From Thermoanaerobaculia bacterium (GTDB lineage: Bacteria > Acidobacteriota > Thermoanaerobaculia > UBA5066): a DNA stretch of 64,000 nt. Location: contig JBBRRY010000004.1 of assembly GCA_038245905.1 (NCBI GenBank), positions 32,001 to 96,000 on the forward strand. The letters are read 5' to 3'. The notes beneath the pieces were generated by a model, which was not told where the DNA came from, searched no databases, and was given only the letters and a program-made list of their open reading frames with translations. Below, piece by piece: positions 1 through 10,556 of the stretch (its first letter is position 1; every line of letters begins with the position of its first letter). The position numbers and the translations under genes were made by a program.

Positions 1-74
1 ACCGGGCACCTGACGCCGGCGCCCGCGTCGACCTCGCGGGCTTCCCGAGGCCGCGTCTCTCGCATAATCGCGGC

Positions 75-2072
75 GTGAGGGAAGCCGGACCGTCATTCAG
101 GCTTGGCGCGGCCAGCGGGGCCGCGCTCGTTGTGCTCGTCGTCCTCCTCGCGACGGTCGACACGCGCGCGTTCGGTCTCATTCCGGACGGTAAGGAGATG
201 CTGTCGGCATCGGCCGCCTTCTCGCGTTTCCTCGAAATCGGCGTTTCGCGCGACTTCGTCAATGCGCCGCGCCGTCCCGGAGGCGATGCCGTGTCGCGCT
301 ACGGGATGGGACTTTCCATCGCCGAGGCCGTGCCGGGAGCCGTGATGCGTGTGATCCGGATCGCCGCCCCTTCGGCGCCGTCGGCGCCCGTCTTCGTCCT
401 CTTGCCGATCGCGTGCCTCGTCGCCTCGGCATGGGCGACGGCCCGGGCCCTGCTCCTCGTCGGTGTAACGCTCCCCTGGGCCGCGGCGTCGGGCGCGGGC
501 CTCGTCCTCGCGACGCCGCTCTGGGGATACGCGGCGAGCGACTATGGTGAGCCGTTGCAGGCGTGCTGCGTTGCGATGCTCCTGCTCGCGGCCGTCGAGC
601 TCCGCGATGCCCCGGCCTCGCGCCGCTGGCAGATCGTCGCGGGGCTCGCCGCGGGGTTCGCGATTCTCACGAAGACCCTGCTGCTCATCGCGGTCGCACC
701 GTTCCTGGTCTATTTGTTTTTCGGAAGAGAGATGAGAAAGAAAGAATTCCTAGAAGGGAAGAGAGGAAACGCGTCAGCGCGGCGTGCCGCCGAGGCGGGT
801 GTTCGCCGCCCGGGGGCGCCATGGCCGCTGCTTCTTTCATTCGCAGGAGTCCTCTTTTTCTGGTCTCTCCTCGAGCTCGTCCGTTTCGGAAAGCTGTTCG
901 GCGGTTACTCCGGGGAGACGTTCACCTATCCCTTCTTCACGGGTCTTCTGCGCCTGACGCTCCTTCCGAACAAAGGCCTCTTCTGGTATGCCCCGATCGT
1001 TCTCCTCGCGCCGGTCGGCTTCGTCGCGCTGTTCCGCCGCGACGCGCGTCTCGCTTTCGCCTCCTCGGCTTCGGCCGTTTCGCTGCTCGTCGCGGCTTCC
1101 GCGTGGTGGGCGTGGGACGGGCAGGCGGGATGGGGGCCGCGCCTGCTCCTGCCCGCGCTCCCCCCCCTCGTCTTCCTTGCCGGCATCGCCTGCGCGTCGT
1201 CCTTCCGGCCTGCCCGCATCGCGGGCACGCTCGCGCTCTGCGTCGGATTGGGCGTCAATCTGCTCGGCGCCCTCGTGCCGTTTCCAGCCGTCTACGCGCT
1301 CTCGTCCGTCGTGCCGCCTCAGCCGATCGCGGAAGCGCGGGCGGAGGGAACGGCGTACGAAGTCGAACGCGGGTCGGACGGCATCTTGCGTGCCACGGCC
1401 CCGCATCACCTTTCGCTCACACCCGCATGGAGTCCGATCCGGGTTCACGCGCTTCTGCTCGCCGCGAAGCTACGGGGGAACGCCGCGGAGACTCTCTCGA
1501 GGGAGGGGTTTCCGCGTCTCGATCCGCCTTTCGGACCCGTCTTGCCGAAAGAGCCCGCTCCCGCGATGGCCCTCGCGCTTCGGCCGCTCCGCATCGGTTG
1601 GGGCCGCGAATATTTACTTGAAGGGAAAGAGAGACTCTCGGATCCGTGGGACGACGCCGCGCGTGACCAGACGATCCGCGCGATCGATGTGAAGGACTAC
1701 GTGCGGGCACAGGAGCTAGGAGAGGAAATCCTGAGAAGGAAGAACGGGGATTCGAATTCTGCGAATGACCCTCACGTTGTCGCGCTGATCGCCGAGTCGA
1801 TTCGCCTTGGCAGCGGCCGGGCCGCCGGCGCGCAATCGCTTGACTCGGGCACCGCCGCGTCCCTTTCCTACCTTTCCAGGAAATCTTCCTCTTCTTCTTT
1901 CGCCTGCAATCCCTGGATTCTCTTCGTCCGCGCGATGGCGGAGCCGCCGGGCGACTTCTCATGCATCCCCGAGCCGGGGCGGGAGGGATTCGCGCGAAGC
2001 CTCGACGCGGCGCGCCGGCGGGGCTGGAGCCTTACCTCGTGGGCGCGGGCGCTCCGGATGGGGGCGCCATAG
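75..2072 (+). CDS. Multi-pass membrane protein, probable GT-C fold glycosyltransferase (GT39/ArnT-like)
   Basis: 665 aa with many hydrophobic helices; DYGEPL, KGLFWYAP and WGPRLLLP segments typical of GT-C membrane proteins; CATAAT 6 nt before the GTG. Confidence 0.6.
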   Translation: MREAGPSFRLGAASGAALVVLVVLLATVDTRAFGLIPDGKEMLSASAAFSRFLEIGVSRDFVNAPRRPGGDAVSRYGMGLSIAEAVPGAVMRVIRIAAPSAPSAPVFVLLPIACLVASAWATARALLLVGVTLPWAAASGAGLVLATPLWGYAASDYGEPLQACCVAMLLLAAVELRDAPASRRWQIVAGLAAGFAILTKTLLLIAVAPFLVYLFFGREMRKKEFLEGKRGNASARRAAEAGVRRPGAPWPLLLSFAGVLFFWSLLELVRFGKLFGGYSGETFTYPFFTGLLRLTLLPNKGLFWYAPIVLLAPVGFVALFRRDARLAFASSASAVSLLVAASAWWAWDGQAGWGPRLLLPALPPLVFLAGIACASSFRPARIAGTLALCVGLGVNLLGALVPFPAVYALSSVVPPQPIAEARAEGTAYEVERGSDGILRATAPHHLSLTPAWSPIRVHALLLAAKLRGNAAETLSREGFPRLDPPFGPVLPKEPAPAMALALRPLRIGWGREYLLEGKERLSDPWDDAARDQTIRAIDVKDYVRAQELGEEILRRKNGDSNSANDPHVVALIAESIRLGSGRAAGAQSLDSGTAASLSYLSRKSSSSSFACNPWILFVRAMAEPPGDFSCIPEPGREGFARSLDAARRRGWSLTSWARALRMGAP

Positions 2073-3750
2073 GCGGTGCGACTCCGCGAAGGCGAATCAA
2101 CAGCTGGGCGTCGCCGAACGGCTCGACCGAGATGGCGCGCGCCTCGAATCCGCGGCGCAGCGGCGGCAGCCAGCCCCGAAGCCACACGAACTTGGGCCAG
2201 GATTCGGTGTTCTTCTCGATCGCGGCCGCCATGTCCCAGAGGAAGCGCGAGAAGAAGACCGTGTCGACCGGCGCGTCGGGGGTCATGGCCTGGCCGGCGA
2301 TTCCGGCGGCCCGCGCGCCGGACTCGTCGACGACGAGGGCCGTGACGCCGACGCGCCCGAGGTCGCCGCGCCGCACGCGCTCGAAGACGCGCCCCTGCTC
2401 CTGGCCCCAATCCACGTTCGAGTCGGAGAGGATGGCGGGGATGCCGGCAGGGCCTCCGGCGAGGACGTTGCCGAACGAGATCTCGCGGCCGAGGCGGAGC
2501 GCGGACTCTCCGGCGGCGAGGACGACGACTCCGGCGAGCACCGCGCGGAACGCTCGCGGCCGGCGGGCCAGGAGCGTCCTGCCGGCGCCGGCCGCCGCGA
2601 CGAGGAGGAACGGCACGGCGGGAAGGGCGTGCCGTACGCCGATGTTCACGTTCGAGGTGCAGGCCGCGGCGAGATACGCGCCACCGATCGCCGCCGGGAG
2701 AGCGGCGCGGGTGATGAGGAGCCGCCGGAGCCGCGAGCCACGGAAGAGGCCGAAGCCGGCGCCGAGAAACGCGGCCGTGAACGCGAGGACGGCTGCCGCC
2801 GTCAGCTTGATCCCGAGGGCCACCAGAAAGTAGAAGAGGTGTCCCTTCCCTGAGATTTCGCCGAAGAAATAGTTGAAACGTTCTCCCGGGCCCGCGACTC
2901 CCTGCACGAAGAGAAGCCCCGCACCGTACGCGGCGATCGCCTTCGGAAACGTGCGCGCGAGCGCCACGACGGCACGCTCCTGGGGCAGCCCTCCGAATTC
3001 GTGCGCGATGCCCGCCTGGAAGGCCGAATCGCTCGTACCGGCAAACGCGATGGACTGGATGGCGAACAGGGTCAGGAGGGCGATTCCAATGAGCAAGACA
3101 GCGGAGTAGAGAGCGGGAAGAGAGAAAGATTTTCTTAGAAGGTGAAGAGGGGGGCCGGAAATACCACCTGCTGCGAACCGAACCATCGCAATGACAGTGA
3201 AGACAGCGAGGAATGGGAAAGCAGAGTATTTCGACGCCATCGCAAGCCCATAGAGAATGCCGCTCGCGACGAGCCAGACTCTTTTTCGTTCTTGAGCTGC
3301 GTATTCCAGCGCGAGCGCTGCCGCGACGAGGAAGAACGTGACGAGGACGTCGCTCTGAACGAGCGTGCCGTGGCCGCGCAGCGTCGGCTCGATCGCGACG
3401 AGCCCCGCGGCGGCGAGGCCCGCGGCGTTTCCGGCGAGCGCGCGTCCAAGGAGTCCGGTCACGGCCGCGAGGGCCGCGAAGAGGAAGGGCATGGGCGCGC
3501 GGCCTGCACGCGTCTCGTCGATCTCCATCGCGGGCTTCTCGCGCGGGAGAGAGACTCCGGCGAGGAGCTTCATCAGGACGGGGTGCTCGAAGTTCGAGAC
3601 CATTCCGGGGCCGTAGCGCCACTCGCGTGCGGCGGCGAGGTGTGCGGGCTCGTCCGAGGTCGTCCAGAGGGAGAAGCGCGCGCTCTCGGCGCCCGCGAGG
3701 GCGAGACACGAGAGGATCGCGAGCGCGAATGCGAAGAGCCGCGAGGTCAC
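2032..3750 (-). CDS. GT-C fold glycosyltransferase (ArnT/PMT-like)
   Basis: TSDEPAH and FEHPVLMK after the first TM helix, SKYS, NIGVRH, DSNVDWGQ; start moved to GTG 3750 because the longer track ORF overlaps the ABC-F gene. Confidence 0.7.
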   Translation of the reverse strand: MTSRLFAFALAILSCLALAGAESARFSLWTTSDEPAHLAAAREWRYGPGMVSNFEHPVLMKLLAGVSLPREKPAMEIDETRAGRAPMPFLFAALAAVTGLLGRALAGNAAGLAAAGLVAIEPTLRGHGTLVQSDVLVTFFLVAAALALEYAAQERKRVWLVASGILYGLAMASKYSAFPFLAVFTVIAMVRFAAGGISGPPLHLLRKSFSLPALYSAVLLIGIALLTLFAIQSIAFAGTSDSAFQAGIAHEFGGLPQERAVVALARTFPKAIAAYGAGLLFVQGVAGPGERFNYFFGEISGKGHLFYFLVALGIKLTAAAVLAFTAAFLGAGFGLFRGSRLRRLLITRAALPAAIGGAYLAAACTSNVNIGVRHALPAVPFLLVAAAGAGRTLLARRPRAFRAVLAGVVVLAAGESALRLGREISFGNVLAGGPAGIPAILSDSNVDWGQEQGRVFERVRRGDLGRVGVTALVVDESGARAAGIAGQAMTPDAPVDTVFFSRFLWDMAAAIEKNTESWPKFVWLRGWLPPLRRGFEARAISVEPFGDAQLLIRLRGVAPPMAPPSGAPAPTR

Positions 3751-3757
3751 GACCGGA

Positions 3758-5392
3758 TTATGCGTGGACGCCCGGCGCCTCGTGTCCCGTCCGCGATACC
3801 CACTCGACGTACGAGCCGCCGTAGAGGTGGGGCGGGTCGGAGGAGTCGTTCTCGGAGAGGACGAGGACACGGTTCGAGAGCCCGCGGAGGAAGGCGCGGT
3901 CGTGGGACACGAAGAGCATCGTCCCCTCGAATTTCGAGAGCGCCTCGACGAGCATCTCCTTCGTCGCGAGGTCGAGGTGGTTCGTGGGCTCGTCGAGGAC
4001 GAGGAAGTTCGGCGGGTCGAAGAGCATGCGCGCCATGACGAGGCGCGATTTCTCGCCGCCCGAGAGGAAGCGGACCTTCTTGTCCACGTCGTCGCCGGAA
4101 AACTGAAAGGCACCGACGAGCGCGCGGAGGGTGCCGATTCCGGCAGCGGGGAAGTCCCTCTGAACCTGCTCGAGCACGGTCCGCTCGGGGTCGAGGACGT
4201 CGAGCGCCTGCTGCGAGAAGTAACCCATCCGGACGCTCGCGCCGACGCGTACGCTCCCGCCGTCCGGCGGCAGCATGCCCGCGACCATCTTCAGGAGCGT
4301 GGTCTTTCCGGCGCCGTTGACGCCCATCACGCACCAGCGCTCCCCCCGGCGGATGAGGAAGTCGAAGCCGTCGTAGAGGTGCCGCGCGCCGTAGCCCTTC
4401 GAGAGCTTCTCGAGGACCGCGACGTCGTCGCCCGAGCGGGCCGGCGCCTTGAAGTCGAACCGCACGACCGCGCGCTTCTTCGGCAGCTCGATCGTCTCGA
4501 TCTTCTCGAGCTTCTTGACGCGGCTCTGCACCTGCGCGGCCTTCGAAGCATGAGTTTGGAAGCGCTCGATGAACCGGTTCTCCTTCGCGAGCATCGCCTG
4601 CTGGCGCGCGAACGCCGCCTCGCGCTGGGACTCGCGTTGGAGGCGCTCCCTCTCGTAGAAGTCGTAGTTGCCGGAGTAGGTCACGGTCTCGCCGGCGTCG
4701 ATCTCGACGACTTTCGTGACGACGCGGTTCATGAAATCCCGGTCGTGGCAGGTCATGAGGAGAGAGCCCGGGTAACCCTTGAGGTACCCCTCGAGCCAGA
4801 GGATCGACTCGATGTCGAGGTGGTTCGTCGGCTCGTCCATGAGGAGGACGTCGGGCCTGCCGAGGAGCACCTTCGCCATCGCGACCCGCATCTTCCAGCC
4901 GCCGGAGAGAGCGCCGACGTCTCCGTCGATGCGCTCGTCGTCGAAGCCGAGGCCGTGAAGAACTTCCCGGGCGCGGGCCTCCAGCTCGTAGCCGCCGTGC
5001 GTCTGGTACTCGGACTGAACTTCGCCGAACCGCTCCAGGATCCTCTCCATCTCGTTCGAGCGAGCCGGATCCCCGAGCGCGTGCTCGAGGTCGATCAGCT
5101 CGTGGTGGAGGTCGCCGAGCCGCCCGCTCCCGGCGATCGCCTCGTCGAGGACGGGCCGGCCTGCCATCTCGTCGATCTCCTGCTTGAAGTAGCCGATCGA
5201 GAGTTTCTTCGGGACGGAGACGTCGCCGTCATCGGCGTGCTCCTCACCCGTGATGAGCCGGAAGATCGTCGTCTTGCCGGCCCCGTTCGGGCCGACGAGG
5301 CCGATCTTCTCGCCGTCGTTGAGCTGGAAGGAGGCGTCCACGAACAGGACCTGGCGGCCGTACTGCTTGTTGATGCCCGAGAGCGCGATCAT
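3758..5392 (-). CDS. ABC-F family ATP-binding protein
   Basis: Two NBDs (GPNGAGKTT/LSGGW/DEPTNHLD and GVNGAGKTT/LSGGE/DEPTNHLD) with no TM domain. Confidence 0.95.
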   Translation of the reverse strand: MIALSGINKQYGRQVLFVDASFQLNDGEKIGLVGPNGAGKTTIFRLITGEEHADDGDVSVPKKLSIGYFKQEIDEMAGRPVLDEAIAGSGRLGDLHHELIDLEHALGDPARSNEMERILERFGEVQSEYQTHGGYELEARAREVLHGLGFDDERIDGDVGALSGGWKMRVAMAKVLLGRPDVLLMDEPTNHLDIESILWLEGYLKGYPGSLLMTCHDRDFMNRVVTKVVEIDAGETVTYSGNYDFYERERLQRESQREAAFARQQAMLAKENRFIERFQTHASKAAQVQSRVKKLEKIETIELPKKRAVVRFDFKAPARSGDDVAVLEKLSKGYGARHLYDGFDFLIRRGERWCVMGVNGAGKTTLLKMVAGMLPPDGGSVRVGASVRMGYFSQQALDVLDPERTVLEQVQRDFPAAGIGTLRALVGAFQFSGDDVDKKVRFLSGGEKSRLVMARMLFDPPNFLVLDEPTNHLDLATKEMLVEALSKFEGTMLFVSHDRAFLRGLSNRVLVLSENDSSDPPHLYGGSYVEWVSRTGHEAPGVHA

Positions 5393-5432
5393 GGGCGGCG
5401 GACGATAGCAGGACCGCGCGAGCGGGAGCGGA

Positions 5433-5870
5433 TTATTCGATCATCGCGATCCGGCGGGCGTGGCGGCCACCGCCGGCCGCGGGGTCGAAAGGCGTCGCGA
5501 GAAATATCCGCACGATCGCGAGCGCCATCTCCTCGGTGATCATCCTCTCCCCGAGCGACAGGACATTCGCGTCGTTGTGCTCGCGGCACGCCTTCGCGGT
5601 GGCCTCGTTCCAGCAGAGCGCGCAGCGCACGCCCTTCACCTTGTTCGCGACGATGGCCTCCCCGTTTCCTGACCCGCCGAGAACGATGCCGCGCTCGCAC
5701 GCGCCGCTCGCGACGGCCTCGGCCGCCGGCCGGACGAAGAGCGGGTAGTCGACCATCTCCGGGGAGAACGTGCCGCAGTCCTGGACGGTGTGCCCCATCT
5801 CGAGAACGGCGGCCTTGATCACCTCTTTGTAAGCGTATCCGGCGTGATCGGAGCCAAGTGCGATCTTCAT
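5433..5870 (-). CDS. rpiB: Ribose-5-phosphate isomerase B
   Basis: MKIALGSDHAG, VDYP, GGSGNGE, ANKVKGVR, HNDANVL. Confidence 0.95.
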   Translation of the reverse strand: MKIALGSDHAGYAYKEVIKAAVLEMGHTVQDCGTFSPEMVDYPLFVRPAAEAVASGACERGIVLGGSGNGEAIVANKVKGVRCALCWNEATAKACREHNDANVLSLGERMITEEMALAIVRIFLATPFDPAAGGGRHARRIAMIE

Positions 5871-5910
5871 GATCGGCGAAGTTTACGTCGGCCTCGATAG
5901 AATCGGCACC

Positions 5911-6696
5911 GTGCCGACGGATCCTCTCCCCAGCCTCACGATGTTCTTTCCCTGCTTCAACGATGCCGCCACGATCGGCTCGCTGGTGGCGGGAGCAAAC
6001 CTCGTGGGAGCGGAATCCGGCCGCGCGTACGAGATCCTCGTCATCGACGACGGCTCGGAGGACAACAGCGCCGCCATTCTCGAAGAGCTCGGGAAGACGT
6101 ATCCAGCGCTCCGCGTCGTCTACCATGGCACGAACCGCGGGTACGGCGCCGCGCTGCGCTCGGGATTCGGCGAGGCCACGAAGGATCTCGTCTTCTACAC
6201 GGACGGCGACGGCCAGTACGACGTCCTCGAGCTCCGGAAGTTCCTTCCCGTTCTCCAGGAAGGCGTGGACGTCGTCAACGGCTACAAGATCTCGCGCTCG
6301 GACCCTTTGCACCGCGTCGTGATCGGAAAGCTCTACGTCGCCCTCATGCGAATTCTCTTCCAGTTCCACGTGCGCGACGTGGACTGCGACTTCCGGCTCA
6401 TCCGGCGCGCCTCGCTCGCGGCCGTCACGCTCAAGCACTCGAGCGGCGTCATCTGCCTCGAGCTCGTCAAGAAGCTCGAGCTGGCTGGCTTCCGCTTCGT
6501 AGATTTCCCGGTTCACCACTATCACCGCGTCGCCGGGAAGTCCCAGTTCTTCAACTTCCGGCGTCTTTTCGTCACGGGTGTGAACATCCTCAGGCTCTGG
6601 TGGGAGATCCAGGTCACGCGCGAGACCCCGCGCGACGTCGCGCACCTGTCGTCGAAGGTCCGCGTGAAGAGCCACTGGGGAGATCCCCGGCCGTGA
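5911..6696 (+). CDS. GT2 glycosyltransferase (polyprenol-phosphate sugar synthase-like)
   Basis: FFPCFND, IDDGSED, NRGYGAAL, YTDGDGQYD, DVDCDFRL; GTG 5911 lies 7 nt after TAGAAT. Confidence 0.9.
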   Translation: MPTDPLPSLTMFFPCFNDAATIGSLVAGANLVGAESGRAYEILVIDDGSEDNSAAILEELGKTYPALRVVYHGTNRGYGAALRSGFGEATKDLVFYTDGDGQYDVLELRKFLPVLQEGVDVVNGYKISRSDPLHRVVIGKLYVALMRILFQFHVRDVDCDFRLIRRASLAAVTLKHSSGVICLELVKKLELAGFRFVDFPVHHYHRVAGKSQFFNFRRLFVTGVNILRLWWEIQVTRETPRDVAHLSSKVRVKSHWGDPRP

Positions 6697-7832
6697 GTCG
6701 GGCGTCGAGTCGAGCCGTGAGCCGCCCCTCCTTGCCCTACCTCGATCTCGCGCGGGCGGCGGCGGAGGGTAAGGAGGCCTTCGAGGCCGCGCTCCTCGCA
6801 TGCGTGCGCCGCGGCCGTTACGTTCTCGGAGACGAGGTCGCGGCGTTCGAGAGGGAATGGGCGGCTTTCTGTGGGGCTCCGCACGCCGTCTCGTGCGCCA
6901 GCGGCACGGACGCGTTGACGCTGGCGCTCCTCGGCCTCGGCGTCGGGATCGGCGACGAGGTGCTCACGGTTTCGATGACCTGCGCCCCGTCGGCAGTCGG
7001 CATCCAGCGCGCGGACGCGACGCCGGTGTTCGTCGACGTGGAAGCCGATCGCCTCACGATGGATCCCTTGCGGCTCGAGACGGCCCTGACGGCCCGGACG
7101 AAGGCAATCGTGCCGGTTCACCTTTACGGGCGCATGGCGGACATGGAACGGATCGTGGCCTTCGCGAAGACGAAGGGGCTCCTCGTCGTCGAGGACTGCG
7201 CGCAGGCGCATGGCGCCGCGCTTTCGGGCTTGCCCGCGGGTTCTTTCGGCGATGCCGCCGCCTGGAGCTTCTACCCGACGAAGAACCTCGGAGCGCTCGG
7301 CGACGGCGGCGCGGTGACGACGGCCCGGCCCGAGGTCGCCGCGAAGGTCCGGAAGCTTCGCCTTTACGGCTACACGACGCGCAACGACGCGGACATCGCC
7401 GGCTTCAACAGCCGGTTCGACGAGCTTCAGGCGGCAGGCCTGCGCGTGAACCTCGGGCGGCTCGCGGCCAGGAATGCCCGCCGCGCGGAGATCGCCGCAC
7501 GCTACGACAAGGCCTTGACGTTACTCGCACCGGTCCTCCGCACGCCGCCACCCCCGCGGGCCGGCGAGACTTCCGCGCACCACCTGTACGTCGTGCGCGT
7601 CGGCGACCGCGACACGTTTCGCGCCCGCCTCGAGGCGGCCGGCGTCGGGTCCGACGTCCACTATCCGCGCGCCGTCCACGAACAGCCGGCCTTCGCGGCG
7701 CTGCCGCGGGGCCCGCTGCCGGAGACGGAACGGGCCATGCGGGAAGTCGTTTCCCTTCCTCTCTATCCACAGCTCACGGACGGCGAGGTCGAGCGCGTGA
7801 TCGAGGCCGTTCGAGCCTCAGCGGGGCGCTGA
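6693..7832 (+). CDS. DegT/DnrJ/EryC1/StrS family PLP-dependent sugar aminotransferase
   Basis: SGTDAL, PVHLYG, EDCAQAHGA, SFYPTKNLGALGDGG; GTGA overlap with the upstream gene. Confidence 0.92.
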   Translation: MSRASSRAVSRPSLPYLDLARAAAEGKEAFEAALLACVRRGRYVLGDEVAAFEREWAAFCGAPHAVSCASGTDALTLALLGLGVGIGDEVLTVSMTCAPSAVGIQRADATPVFVDVEADRLTMDPLRLETALTARTKAIVPVHLYGRMADMERIVAFAKTKGLLVVEDCAQAHGAALSGLPAGSFGDAAAWSFYPTKNLGALGDGGAVTTARPEVAAKVRKLRLYGYTTRNDADIAGFNSRFDELQAAGLRVNLGRLAARNARRAEIAARYDKALTLLAPVLRTPPPPRAGETSAHHLYVVRVGDRDTFRARLEAAGVGSDVHYPRAVHEQPAFAALPRGPLPETERAMREVVSLPLYPQLTDGEVERVIEAVRASAGR

Positions 7833-8612
7833 CGCGCGCTCGATCCGAGTCGCCAGGAAACGCGGCGTCCCCGAAGCCCGCACGCTGGTGATTCCGTAAA
7901 CCCACAGGCCCGTCGCGACCGGCCGGCCCCTCACGCCGCCGAGAAACGTGACCGTGACGTCGAAGGGCGTCCCGGGAGCGAGGCCGAAGGTCTTCCACGG
8001 GTCCTCGATGGTCTGCGGGAGCCCCGTCAGGACGAAGCTCGAGTCGTGCAGGAGCGCACCGGTGCCCGGCGCCGTCAGCCGCACGCGGACGCGGTACGGA
8101 GCCGCGTCTCGGTCCACGCCCGGAAACGTGAATCCGAAGTGGCTCCGTTCCGCTTCGTTCGAGACGATGGGGCCAAGGAGGAGCGAATCGCCTGGGCGCG
8201 CGAGGTCTTCCCGCGTGAGTACGGGCACGTTGAGGGCAGGGACGCGGCCGCGGCGATCCACGATCGACGCCGTCACCTTGAATGGCGAGCGGCTCTCGAA
8301 ATAGAGCGAAGACGGGGTGGAAGGCGGCGTCCGGACCGGCACGCGCCGCGTTGTGCCCCCCGGCACGTCGATCAGCTCCTCTTCGGCGTCGGCGGCATCG
8401 GGCGGCCAGCGCGTGAGCCGGACGACCGCCGGTGCTCCCTCGGGAGCCGTCAGGGTGAGGTGGGCCGCCCACGGGACATAGCCGTGCGCGCGCGACCAGA
8501 AGACGACGGGCAGGAAGGCGGTATGGGTGCCGAACGGCTCGGGCGGCCGCCGGCAGCCGGTGGAGAGAAGGGCGAGAAGGACCGCCGGAAGAAGGCGCCC
8601 GCGGACGGTCAT
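7818..8612 (-). CDS. Hypothetical lipoprotein
   Basis: Signal peptide ending LLSTG-C; ATG overlaps the upstream stop codon. Confidence 0.65.
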   Translation of the reverse strand: MTVRGRLLPAVLLALLSTGCRRPPEPFGTHTAFLPVVFWSRAHGYVPWAAHLTLTAPEGAPAVVRLTRWPPDAADAEEELIDVPGGTTRRVPVRTPPSTPSSLYFESRSPFKVTASIVDRRGRVPALNVPVLTREDLARPGDSLLLGPIVSNEAERSHFGFTFPGVDRDAAPYRVRVRLTAPGTGALLHDSSFVLTGLPQTIEDPWKTFGLAPGTPFDVTVTFLGGVRGRPVATGLWVYGITSVRASGTPRFLATRIERASAPR

Positions 8613-9754
8613 CCTGCCCAGTACCAGTGGACGAACGCCCACAGGTAGACGACCTGCGCGAGCCCCGTGAGGACGAGCAAGGTCCGGAAGAGATCGCGCC
8701 GGGCCTGAATCCCGGCGAGGACGGCGAAGGCGGGAAACGCGGGCAGGACGTACCGCCCCGCGCTCTCGAGCGTCCCGGACGTGAAGACGATCGCAACGGT
8801 CAGAAAGACGTAGAGCGCCTCGGCGTTGCGACGCTGCCTCACGAGGAACGCGGCGAGGACGACGAAGAGAAGAAGGTAGAGCCCCTCGAGAGTTCGGGCT
8901 GGCGCCGCCCCGAGGATGCGGCCTCGCTGGATGTCCTCGATCACGGCGTGCCAGATGAGCGACGGTCCGTCGAAGATCGACTTCGTCTGTCCGCTCCAGT
9001 TGTGCTGCGCCGTCACGAAGAGGAGCGGGTCCCGAAAGCGTTTCCAGAAGTAGAGACAGAAAAGGCCGAATCCCGCCATAGGCGAGGCCGCGGCGAGTGT
9101 GGCCACTCCGAGGACGCGGGCCCGCGGACTTCCCGCGTCGCGCTCTGCCCGGAGGGCCACGAGGGCGAGATAGGGGGCGAGGACGAGGCCCGAGATGCGC
9201 GTGAGGCCGGCGAGAAGGCCGGCGAGCGCTCCGAGCGCGAGGCGGCGCCGCTCGAAGGCCTCCACGGCCGAGAGCGACAGCGCGAGAAGCAGCGCCTCCG
9301 TGTAGACGGCCGCGAAGAAGAAAGAAGTCGGAAACAGGAGGAGGACGAGGACGGCTGGCACGACGCGCGCCTCTCCGTAGTGGCGCTTCGTCCAGCTCGC
9401 GAAAAGCAGCAACGCTCCGAGGAATGCCACGGCGGAGACGAGGTTTCCGGCGTGAGACGTCTCGATTCCCGTCGCCAGCACGACGAGCCGAATGAGGCCG
9501 GGGTACAGAGGGAAGAACGCGTGGTTCGTTTCCTGTCCGACCTGGTTCGGCGGCTCCCAGTAACCGGCTTCGGCGAGGTTCACGTACCAGCCGGAGTCCC
9601 AGCGCGTGAGGGGCGTGACCCGCCTCGTGATGTCGTAGCTCCAGGGTTGCCCGGCCGACATTCCGGACAGGATCGAACCCGAGATTCCCGCGACGAGGAA
9701 GACGCCCACGAGCCAGGAAAGGCCCAGCCCGAATACCCGCTGGCGTGTCGTCAC
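8609..9754 (-). CDS. GT-C mannosyltransferase-family protein (PIG-V/GT76-like)
   Basis: RWDSGWY, HAFFPLYP, FFFAAVYTEAL, RYVLPAFP; start uncertain (9754 or 9784). Confidence 0.8.
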   Translation of the reverse strand: MTTRQRVFGLGLSWLVGVFLVAGISGSILSGMSAGQPWSYDITRRVTPLTRWDSGWYVNLAEAGYWEPPNQVGQETNHAFFPLYPGLIRLVVLATGIETSHAGNLVSAVAFLGALLLFASWTKRHYGEARVVPAVLVLLLFPTSFFFAAVYTEALLLALSLSAVEAFERRRLALGALAGLLAGLTRISGLVLAPYLALVALRAERDAGSPRARVLGVATLAAASPMAGFGLFCLYFWKRFRDPLLFVTAQHNWSGQTKSIFDGPSLIWHAVIEDIQRGRILGAAPARTLEGLYLLLFVVLAAFLVRQRRNAEALYVFLTVAIVFTSGTLESAGRYVLPAFPAFAVLAGIQARRDLFRTLLVLTGLAQVVYLWAFVHWYWAG

Positions 9755-9782
9755 GACAGCGCGGATTATAGGGATCGCCCGC

Positions 9783-10556
9783 ATGAACCCGCGCGAATAC
9801 GAAATCATGTTCGCCCGCGAAGATGCCTACTGGTGGTATCGCGGAATGCGGTGCGTGACCCGGGCGTTCGCGCCGGGCCTCTTCGCGGCGCCTGCCGGGT
9901 CCCGGTTGCTCGACGCGGGCTGCGGTACAGGCCGCAACCTTCAGGAGCTCGAGGCCGCGGGAGGACTTGCGGTGGGCGTCGATGTTTCTCTGCGCGCGCT
10001 CGGCCTCGCGCGGCGGAGAGGCCGGACCCGGCTCGTGTGCGGCTCGATCGAGGCTCTGCCGTTTCGCGGCGGCGCGTTCCTCGGCGCGCTCTCGCGCGAC
10101 GTCCTCTACATGGTGCCCCGCCAGGAGGCCGCCCTGCGGGAGATCGCGCGAGCCCTCGAGGAAGGCGGGACGCTCGCGATCTCGTCACCCGCATTCGTCG
10201 CGCTCGCGGGCGCGCACGACGTCGCGGTCAGCGCCCTGAGACGCTACACCGCGAAAGGCCTTGAGAAGCTGCTGAAAGACGCCGGACTCTCGGTGATCCG
10301 CACGAGCTACGCCAATCTCTTCCTGGCAGGCCCTATTTGGATTCTTAGAAAGGTGACGAGAGCGAAGGCGCGCGGCCGCCCTTCCACGGAAGTCGCCTCC
10401 GAATTCCCTCTTTCTCCCAAACCATTCGAAGAAATCTTCTTCTTTCTTCTGTCTTTCGAAGCGCGCCTCGTTGCCCGCGTGCGCCTCCCGTTCGGGTCGA
10501 CGGTCTTCGTCCTGGCCGAAAAGCCCGTTCAGGGCACGAGCGTCGCGGCGAAATAG
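9783..10556 (+). CDS. Class I SAM-dependent methyltransferase
   Basis: EDAYWWYRG, LLDAGCGTG motif I, LPFGST C-terminus. Confidence 0.88.
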   Translation: MNPREYEIMFAREDAYWWYRGMRCVTRAFAPGLFAAPAGSRLLDAGCGTGRNLQELEAAGGLAVGVDVSLRALGLARRRGRTRLVCGSIEALPFRGGAFLGALSRDVLYMVPRQEAALREIARALEEGGTLAISSPAFVALAGAHDVAVSALRRYTAKGLEKLLKDAGLSVIRTSYANLFLAGPIWILRKVTRAKARGRPSTEVASEFPLSPKPFEEIFFFLLSFEARLVARVRLPFGSTVFVLAEKPVQGTSVAAK